Positions 56,932-64,000 of a DNA stretch of 64,000 nt are shown here, piece after piece. The notes under the pieces are model-generated. The model was not told where the DNA came from, ran no database searches, and was given only the letters and a program-made list of their open reading frames with translations. The DNA comes from Bacteroidales bacterium. GTDB taxonomy: Bacteria > Bacteroidota > Bacteroidia > Bacteroidales > WCHB1-69. Every line of letters begins with the position of its first letter. Position 1 is the first letter of the stretch. The DNA lies in contig JAGCUN010000006.1 in assembly GCA_017962845.1 (NCBI GenBank), forward strand, positions 2,336 through 66,335, in the 5' to 3' direction. A program made the position numbers and the translations under genes.

Positions 56932-59808
56932 TTACTCCGCGTCGCGAACGCAACGGACAGAAGCACCGTGGCACTTTTTGTTAGTATCCTGCCCCACCCC
57001 AGTCCAACTATAATTAATTCTATAACGAATACTCTCGGTATTGCTGGCTTGTGTAGATGTCCAAAAAAGGGCGTACTGCCCTACGTAGTAACGATTTTGG
57101 CTATCGTTGAACGTACCTGCGGGGATGGCAGAAAAACCTTTGACATTGCGTTCAGCATAGCTGTAGTTGCCAGGTGCGGTTGCACCTGCATTTGACTCCC
57201 AATAGCAGCCCGTTGACAATTTCCCTGCTCCAGAACCTGCAGTTGCCGTTGTTGTGCCTGTTCTTTTCACAACACCGGCCTCTGTCAGCATAGTCTCCCA
57301 TTCTGCCTCCGACGGGAGATGCCAACCCAACGGACAGATACCACGACGATTTCCGTTCTCCAAGTTTAAGACCGGAGACCATCCGGCGGTGTTCTGAGAA
57401 TTAGAGACCTCAGGATCCCCAGTTTTAAAGGTGTCAACAGCAGCACACCAGTTGTAAAGCAGACCCAAACGCGGAACAATCTCAGAGTAGGTTCCATTTA
57501 TAAGACTGTTATTGCTGAGATTCTTTATCTCAACGGAACCACTATTAGGACTTCCTGATGCCCATAGTGCCATCTTACTCGTATAAGATGTTCTAGTTGG
57601 AGGTGCGGTAATTCCGAAAGGTTGATCTTTCCCCAGCAAAATCAGGGCATCGGTTGCAGGACTGTGTTCGGTGCGCAAGTTCTCGGCCATCCAGCATTGG
57701 GCGCCGATCTGCACCACTGGATAAACATTTCCGTCGTAGTCGGTAACCGCATAGATACCGTTCTCATCGGCAAATTCACGGCCGTCATCCGCGCCGTTAT
57801 GCCCCTGGCCTGCATATAAGCCGCTCACATGTGCTGACAAACCAGTGCAAGGAGAAAGAACAGCTTTTCCTAACGACACAGTTTGGGTGGCTGTGCAGCC
57901 TGAGGCATTTGTGGCGACGATGTCGTACGTGCCTCCTGGTGCAGCATAAGCATGCCATGTGTCAGGCCACGGTTGAGGATTATTCACAACAGGTGAACCA
58001 TCGCCCCAGTTGATAGACACTACATCAGAAGAAAAGGAGGTGACTTCCACAACCAACATGTTATCGCATGCGGAGAGTGTCGGGGCGGTGCCTGCCGAAG
58101 TGACAGTAACAGTAACGGTGGCGATAAGAGGGAAATTATCACTGATATTTGTGGCCGTACAATAGATAGTTTTAGTACCTGTGGTGTTGAACGTTATCGT
58201 GACAGGGTTGGTGTTGTACGTGGTGGTGCCGTCTGACCATTCGTAGGTGTACTCCTCTACATCTCCCATGGAAGGTTCGGCAAAAAACTCCTTACTCACC
58301 GTGGATCCCTCGCAAAGACTAAGATTGGCAGTAGCAGGTGTGATGATCAGCGAAAGGTCATCACCGCTGGTAGTGTTCACGGGGCCATAGGTGGTGGTGC
58401 TGTCCTCATTGCTCACTTTCACCATCACGCAATAGTCGGTGTTGGGGTCAAGTCCGGTAAGATTCTGCGTGTAGTCTTCATTGGTGTAGAGGGTGCCTGA
58501 GACGGGCCAGGCGGTAAAACCATCCTCGTCGGCCGAACAGCCAGTTCCTTGCTTGTAGAAAATCTGTACGGTTCCTTCAGTGGGCTCCATGAAATCGAGA
58601 CCGTTGACAGTCACCTGGAAGCCAGTCGGAATTTCGGGCAGGTCGCTGCTGAGTGTGGCGGTAGGTGCATGGGCGGGAGTGCGGGCGCTCACCACGCTAG
58701 AGGTGGCGGAACCGGCCAGGTTGGTCGCCTTGGCGGTTACATAATAGGTCTTGTAGGCATCCAGACCCGTGAAAGTGTAGATAGGTGTGGTGCTGGTGAA
58801 GCACGTCGGCGAGCTCATGTCGCTATTCTCGGAAATGCAGAATTCATAGGAGATGATGGCGATTCCATTGTCATTGGCAACAGCGTTGGCTTTCATGGAG
58901 GTGGAATAAATGTCGCTCAATGAAACCGTTACAGTCGGAGGAACGGCGTGCATCAGAGCATCCAAAGCATCCTCCAAGGCGGTGATTCTGCGGCTCAGGC
59001 TGTCGAAGACAGTCAGAAGGTCGCAGGCGTTCACCACCACATTGCCGCAGTTGGTGACGGTGGTGGCCTCGATGTTAAAGCCGCTGGGCACGGTGTTGGT
59101 GCCAGTGAAACTGTTGTCGGCGGCCACTTTCGCGTAGTCGGCGGCGTCGGTCAGTTCCGCTACGGTGGTGGGCACATCGATGTTGATGGTTTGGTTGGTG
59201 CTTTGGTCAACATAGAAGCGGCCGTTATCCACAGCTGTATTGTTTTTTGCAATTATAATCGCGGCGTTGCCAGGTGCGTCTGGCTTATCACTCAAATCGT
59301 TGTAACTACCTGTAGTGGCCACAGTGGCGAAGGACGGTTTGTTCCGGATGAAGGCAGCGGTGGTATTGTCGCTTTCATTCCAGTCGGCCTGCACCTGTGC
59401 CGGGATGGCGCTCGGAGAGACCTCAAGGGCGTACGGCACGGCTGATACTGGCGAATTGACGGTGACATCTCCGCTGGCCAGATGGTAGGTCACCGTAATA
59501 GTGGCATCTGCCCATCCCGTAACCGCCGAAAGATCATTGGTGGGATGCCCCGCCACAGGCCATACGCGTCCAGTTCCGCCTATGGAGAAGGAAATCACGC
59601 CGTTGTGGTTGGTGTGGGCCGTCCGCGTTTCAAAATACTGCTCCGAGCCTCCTGTGATAATACTGACATCAACAGGAATATCCGCGTCCTGCACAAACTT
59701 GTTACTTGCGTCGCGAACGACCGCCTGATAGCTCAATGTTGTGGTCTGAGCGACAGCAGACACTACCGTAAGCAATGCCATTATGGTGAACAACAAAAAT
59801 TTTTTCAT
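56932..59808 (-). CDS. Secreted fibre-like protein: YQAVVRD N-domain, tail-fibre-like motifs, coiled coil, Fn3 x2, PKD-like, C-terminal FISUMP
   Basis: LSYQAVVRDASN...AVPYAL; QADWNE...FIRNKP, ATVATTGSYNDLSDKP; FTGLDAYKTYYV; INWGDGS; DYDGNVYPVVQIG.QCWMAENLRT, GICPLGWHLPS, SVRCVRD. Confidence 0.8.
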   Translation of the reverse strand: MKKFLLFTIMALLTVVSAVAQTTTLSYQAVVRDASNKFVQDADIPVDVSIITGGSEQYFETRTAHTNHNGVISFSIGGTGRVWPVAGHPTNDLSAVTGWADATITVTYHLASGDVTVNSPVSAVPYALEVSPSAIPAQVQADWNESDNTTAAFIRNKPSFATVATTGSYNDLSDKPDAPGNAAIIIAKNNTAVDNGRFYVDQSTNQTINIDVPTTVAELTDAADYAKVAADNSFTGTNTVPSGFNIEATTVTNCGNVVVNACDLLTVFDSLSRRITALEDALDALMHAVPPTVTVSLSDIYSTSMKANAVANDNGIAIISYEFCISENSDMSSPTCFTSTTPIYTFTGLDAYKTYYVTAKATNLAGSATSSVVSARTPAHAPTATLSSDLPEIPTGFQVTVNGLDFMEPTEGTVQIFYKQGTGCSADEDGFTAWPVSGTLYTNEDYTQNLTGLDPNTDYCVMVKVSNEDSTTTYGPVNTTSGDDLSLIITPATANLSLCEGSTVSKEFFAEPSMGDVEEYTYEWSDGTTTYNTNPVTITFNTTGTKTIYCTATNISDNFPLIATVTVTVTSAGTAPTLSACDNMLVVEVTSFSSDVVSINWGDGSPVVNNPQPWPDTWHAYAAPGGTYDIVATNASGCTATQTVSLGKAVLSPCTGLSAHVSGLYAGQGHNGADDGREFADENGIYAVTDYDGNVYPVVQIGAQCWMAENLRTEHSPATDALILLGKDQPFGITAPPTRTSYTSKMALWASGSPNSGSVEIKNLSNNSLINGTYSEIVPRLGLLYNWCAAVDTFKTGDPEVSNSQNTAGWSPVLNLENGNRRGICPLGWHLPSEAEWETMLTEAGVVKRTGTTTATAGSGAGKLSTGCYWESNAGATAPGNYSYAERNVKGFSAIPAGTFNDSQNRYYVGQYALFWTSTQASNTESIRYRINYSWTGVGQDTNKKCHGASVRCVRDAE

Positions 59809-59860
59809 AGGTATAAGGATTAGATTGGTTATTATAAATATTGATAAGTGTATAATTCTG

Positions 59861-60637
59861 CTAATAGTTTAAGACACAGCGCACGCTATGACCATTGGCT
59901 TTTTCGCTCGGAATGAATTCAGAAGTGCTGCACTCCGTCCCGAACTTGCAAGCGATCGCGAGAGTGCTTTCCTCACGAATCGTCCACACGTAGGCGTTTA
60001 CCAGCAGATTTTCGAACAGCCCATAAGTGCTGTTGTATCGGCCTCCAGGGAGAAGGGTGAATTGTGAAATATCCGTGCCTGGGATGGGAAGCCATTGGGT
60101 GTTGGCCATCAGCTCCTCCGGTGTATAGGTAGCTATCACGTACTCCATCTCGGCATCGGTGGGTATATGCCATCCGTCAGGACAGATGCCCTGACCGCTG
60201 TTGTATTGCGTGGCTGCATCCCATGTGTAGAGATGTCCAAAGACATCGAACAGGTCAGATGAGGAGTAACCAACTGCCGAATAGGTCATAATGTTGGGAA
60301 CGTCGGTATTGTCGGCATAGTGCTCCGTTCTCAGGTTTTGCGCAGTCCAGCAATAGAGCCCAAGGTCCACTGCAGGGTAGATGTTGTGGTCCACATCCTC
60401 CACTTCGGTGATGTCCCCGCAGGCCGATTGTCCACCCTGCTGTATGCCCTCTGTAATGATGGGGACGGAGGCTCCGTCAGGAGCCAGCGCATCGAAAACC
60501 TGTCCCACACTGGCGGAAATCCCCCCGTTATTGGCATATCCTGACACCAGCAACGGCATTTCCACACTGCCCGTTTGCGCAAAAACAGACAAACAGGTGG
60601 AAAAAAGGAGAAATAAAAAACAATATTTTTTCATCAT
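59861..60637 (-). CDS. Small secreted protein: SVGQV..EGIQQ partner domain plus FISUMP domain
   Basis: Signal peptide; GGISASVGQVF...EGIQQ; DVDHN.Y..V.LG..CWT.QNLR, GICPDGWHIPT, SVRCV; TATTTTTG box at 60730-60737. Confidence 0.8.
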   Translation of the reverse strand: MMKKYCFLFLLFSTCLSVFAQTGSVEMPLLVSGYANNGGISASVGQVFDALAPDGASVPIITEGIQQGGQSACGDITEVEDVDHNIYPAVDLGLYCWTAQNLRTEHYADNTDVPNIMTYSAVGYSSSDLFDVFGHLYTWDAATQYNSGQGICPDGWHIPTDAEMEYVIATYTPEELMANTQWLPIPGTDISQFTLLPGGRYNSTYGLFENLLVNAYVWTIREESTLAIACKFGTECSTSEFIPSEKANGHSVRCVLNY

Positions 60638-60918
60638 ATTAGCAGATTTTCAACTACTTGAATTTCAATAATTTACTACAGATAATCAATCAGCAAACGA
60701 GCCTTAATTTTTCTTTATCAAATGATTTGCAAAAATACATAATTTTTTATTAATACAATGATTTGCTGAATTTTTTTTATATTTTACAGATAATTTTAAA
60801 AATTTTACTGAAATTTATGGACAAAATTCTTAAAGAAGCATTTAATAAAATTATTGAAAAAAATCATCTAAAAAATCACCAAAAATATCCTACTTTTGCA
60901 CCCTAAACATCTACTATT

Positions 60919-63045
60919 ATGCAAAACATCGAAAACAAGATTATCCAAGCTCTTTCAACAGGCAATGACAAGCTGAATTACAAGCAGATAGCGGCCAAAA
61001 TCAACATCTATGACAAGGCAGGACGTGAGGAGGTGAAACACATCATCGACAAGTTCGTCAATACCAAAATCCTGATAAAGAGCGGCCGTGGGAAGTACCG
61101 GCTGAACAGCAAATACATGAACAAGGAGACCACCGGCCGCAACTATGTGACAGGACGGTTAGAGGTGAAATACACCGGTTCGGCATGGGTATTGCAAGAT
61201 GGCGATGAGGAGGACATCTTCATTGGGGAACGCAACCTCAGCAACGCCCTGCACGGCGACCTTGTGAAGGTGCTGGTATACCCGCCCCGCGAGGACCGCA
61301 AACCCGAGGGCCAGATTGTGGAGATCATCGAAAGAAGCCGCAAACAACTCGTGGGTATCATCCACATAGAGAAAGGGTTGGCCTTTTTCGTACCCGACAG
61401 TCCACACTACCGGCGCGACATCCTCATCCCGGGCAAGCTGCTGCGCAAGGCGAAGAACGGCTACAAGGTGGTGGTGAAGATCATCGACTGGACCCCGGGC
61501 AGCAAGAACCCGATCGGCGAGGTGGTGAACGTGCTCGGCAAACCGGGCAGCAACGAGGTGGAGATGCAGTCGATCCTCGCCGAGAACGACTTCCCGCTGA
61601 AATTCCCCGCCGAGGTGGAGGCCGAAGCCCAAAAAATCCCCACCGCCATACCGGCAGCGGAAATCCGCAGACGCAAGGACTTCCGCAACGTCACCACCTT
61701 CACCATCGACCCCGCCGACGCCAAGGACTTCGACGACGCCCTCTCCTACGAGCGGCTGCCCAACGGCCTGCACCGCGTGGGCGTGCATATCGCCGACGTG
61801 TCGCACTACGTGCGCCCCGGCACCCTCATCGACCAGGAGGCCTACGAGCGCGGCACCTCCGTCTATCTCGTGGACCGCACCATCCCCATGCTGCCCGAAG
61901 CCCTCTCCAACAACCTCTGCTCGCTGCGCCCCCACGAGGACAAGCTCTGCTTCAGCGCCGTGTTCGACCTCGATGACAATGCCAAAGTGGTGAAAGAGTG
62001 GTTCGGCCACACCATCATCAACTCCAACGAAAGATTCAACTACGGCGAGGTGCAGACTATTATTGATGAAGGCAAAGGTCGTCTTGCAGAAGAAATCAAC
62101 ACTATCAACCAGTTAGCCAGAATTTTACGCAAGCGCCGTTTTGAAAACAACGCCATCAACTTCGCCACCGAAGAGGTCAAGTTCGAGCTCGACGAGAACG
62201 CCAAGCCCATTGGTGTGTATGTGAAAGTGTCCACCGAAGCCAACTTCCTCATCGAAGAGTTCATGCTGCTGGCCAACAAAAAAGTGGCTGAAAAAGTGGG
62301 CAAGCGCACCCCGCACAACAAAGAACCCAAGACCTTCGTGTATCGTATCCACGACAAACCGCTGGATGAAAAGTTGTTGACATTCAAGAATTTCGTCAAA
62401 AAGATTGGCTATGATTTCAAGGTTGGCTCGCCCAAGGTGGTGGCCAGCTCGTTCAACAGCATGTTCCAGCAGGCAGAGGGCAAACAGGAGTTTGACATGC
62501 TGTGCAAGCTCTCCATCCGCACGATGGCCCGCGCTGCCTATTCCACCAACAACATCGGTCACTACGGTCTCGCCTTCCCCTTCTACACCCACTTCACCTC
62601 CCCTATCCGCCGCTACCCCGACCTGATGGTGCATCGTCTGCTCGACCGCTATTTGGCAAAAGGCGAATCGGTTGACGCTCACCAGTTTGAGGAGTACTGC
62701 CAACACTGCTCGCAGACCGAGCAGCGTGCCACCGAAGCCGAACGCACCAGCATCAAGTACAAGCAGGCCGAATTTCTGGAAGAACGTCTCGGTCAGGTGT
62801 TTGAGGCGACCGTCAGCGGCGTGTGCAAATGGGGCATTTTTGCGGAACTGAAAGAGTCGAAATGCGAAGGCCTTATCGCCATGCGCAAGTTCAACGATGA
62901 CTTCTATTATATTGATGAAGAGAACTATACGCTCGTCGGACTACACACGGGCAAGTCGTACCGTTTCGGCGACGAGCTGAAGGTGCGCATCGTGAATGTG
63001 GATGTGCAACGGCGGCAGATTGATTTCGATTTAGTGGAAGAATAA
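60919..63045 (+). CDS. rnr: Ribonuclease R
   Basis: ALHGD.V, FTIDPADAKDFDDA, VHIADVS, RGTSVYL, LIEEFMLLAN, HFTSPIRRYPD, C-terminal S1 domain; TACTTTTG box at 60891. Confidence 0.96.
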   Translation: MQNIENKIIQALSTGNDKLNYKQIAAKINIYDKAGREEVKHIIDKFVNTKILIKSGRGKYRLNSKYMNKETTGRNYVTGRLEVKYTGSAWVLQDGDEEDIFIGERNLSNALHGDLVKVLVYPPREDRKPEGQIVEIIERSRKQLVGIIHIEKGLAFFVPDSPHYRRDILIPGKLLRKAKNGYKVVVKIIDWTPGSKNPIGEVVNVLGKPGSNEVEMQSILAENDFPLKFPAEVEAEAQKIPTAIPAAEIRRRKDFRNVTTFTIDPADAKDFDDALSYERLPNGLHRVGVHIADVSHYVRPGTLIDQEAYERGTSVYLVDRTIPMLPEALSNNLCSLRPHEDKLCFSAVFDLDDNAKVVKEWFGHTIINSNERFNYGEVQTIIDEGKGRLAEEINTINQLARILRKRRFENNAINFATEEVKFELDENAKPIGVYVKVSTEANFLIEEFMLLANKKVAEKVGKRTPHNKEPKTFVYRIHDKPLDEKLLTFKNFVKKIGYDFKVGSPKVVASSFNSMFQQAEGKQEFDMLCKLSIRTMARAAYSTNNIGHYGLAFPFYTHFTSPIRRYPDLMVHRLLDRYLAKGESVDAHQFEEYCQHCSQTEQRATEAERTSIKYKQAEFLEERLGQVFEATVSGVCKWGIFAELKESKCEGLIAMRKFNDDFYYIDEENYTLVGLHTGKSYRFGDELKVRIVNVDVQRRQIDFDLVEE

Positions 63046-63049
63046 CGGA

Positions 63050-63961
63050 CTAATAGATGTCGCTGGCCCGCACCTTTCCCCACTTGTGGGGACGGATGGC
63101 AGGGTCGTTGATGGTGGCATCTGACTGCAGCCACTCCTTTTTGAGCACGCAGCGACGGATAAAATAGTCGCAGGTTTCCACCTCCTGGTTCATGGCAGCC
63201 GCGATCTCGTGACCGAGATCCTCGTAGCGGCGCACCATATAGGGATAGTTGAATTTCTCGAAACGCTTCACCAGCGGCTTGGTGCCGAAGAATCCGTAGT
63301 TGGCAAAACGGATAGACTTGTAGGGCACGAGATGGTCGCAGGTGCCTTGAAGGAAGAGCGTGGGAGCGGGATTCTCGCGGTACTTCACGGCACCATGGGT
63401 GGAGAAGATGGCACCGGCAAACGACATCACGCCGGCATAGTGGAAGTCGGCGGGCAGACGCTTGGCGAGCTCCGTTCGGTTGCACAGCTCGTAGTCGCCT
63501 TGCAGCACGGTGATGGCACCCGCACTGCTGCCGCAAAGCACAATCTTGTCGCGGTCAAACCCCAGCTCATCAGCATGTTGCAGCAGGTATTCGGTAGCCG
63601 AAAAGAGGTCTTCCACCGCAATCTCAATCGCATGATGCAGCGAGTTGATGACGTGCGCTCCCTTCATATTGGCGCCTTTCAAGCCCAGCCGGTAGTCGAT
63701 ACTGACAAAGGTGTAGCCCAGCTCATTCAGTTGGCGGGCGAACTCCTTGTACTCCTTATGGTCGCGCTCGCCCATCACAAAACCACCGCCGAAGACGAAC
63801 AGCACACAGCAGTGGTTGTTTTTCGCAGTAGGCTGATACACATCCAAATAGAGATTGCAAGTATCGCGTTTGGCGAACTCGTAAGTGGCGGTCTGCCCCA
63901 ACAGCTGGGTAGCAGCAAGCACCATCAGAAGGAGAAAAACGAAAAAGGGTCGTCGTAACAT
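63050..63961 (-). CDS. Secreted alpha/beta hydrolase (carboxylesterase-like)
   Basis: LYLDVYQP, FGGGF oxyanion loop, IDYRLG, GSSAG nucleophile, QGTCDHLVP, GHE; TATCTTTG box at 63991-63998. Confidence 0.88.
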   Translation of the reverse strand: MLRRPFFVFLLLMVLAATQLLGQTATYEFAKRDTCNLYLDVYQPTAKNNHCCVLFVFGGGFVMGERDHKEYKEFARQLNELGYTFVSIDYRLGLKGANMKGAHVINSLHHAIEIAVEDLFSATEYLLQHADELGFDRDKIVLCGSSAGAITVLQGDYELCNRTELAKRLPADFHYAGVMSFAGAIFSTHGAVKYRENPAPTLFLQGTCDHLVPYKSIRFANYGFFGTKPLVKRFEKFNYPYMVRRYEDLGHEIAAAMNQEVETCDYFIRRCVLKKEWLQSDATINDPAIRPHKWGKVRASDIY

Positions 63962-64000
63962 AACTACAATATAATATACATTTCAGGTTGCAAAGATACG

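Noticed and set aside
49691-60918. Diversity-generating retroelement acting on the FISUMP/DUF1566 genes
   Set aside because: No reverse transcriptase, Avd or template repeat matching any 3' end was seen in the window; a remote DGR cannot be excluded.

Overview
A 64-kb chromosomal segment from an anaerobic Bacteroidales bacterium (gut/rumen type). The assignment rests on TAnnTTTG -7 promoter boxes before most transcription units, T9SS C-terminal domains, an Rnf complex and Bacteroidales-type S10. Housekeeping genes include mpl/murC-like, dut, recO, rpsL-rpsG-fusA-rpsJ, queA, rnfDGEA, queH, lplA, an FKBP, tadA, a TrmH-family methylase and rnr. Accessory loci include a heavy-metal RND efflux operon led by a His/Cys-rich RGPP-ending leader ORF, an AraC/GH53 pair, a 1914-aa repeat-rich T9SS protein, a GH20, a HigBA toxin-antitoxin pair, a YbhGFSR-like ABC exporter and a Kgp-like C25 protease. 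There is also an 11-kb four-gene cluster of secreted FISUMP/DUF1566 (C-type-lectin-fold) proteins, one with phage-tail-fibre-like motifs. The most notable unexplained signals are: (1) that lectin/fibre cluster, whose proteins end in FISUMP/DUF1566 rather than a T9SS signal; (2) GTAG-type REP palindromes inserted in frame at the equivalent site of two T9SS-tail-like domains; (3) a ~146-bp structured element in two direct copies bracketing the str ribosomal block; (4) an initiator-like tRNA(CAT) with an A1-U72 pair; (5) a candidate metal-responsive ribosome-arrest leader. No CRISPR array, rRNA, integrase, transposase or reverse transcriptase was seen. All product calls come from motif recognition by eye; no database search was run.
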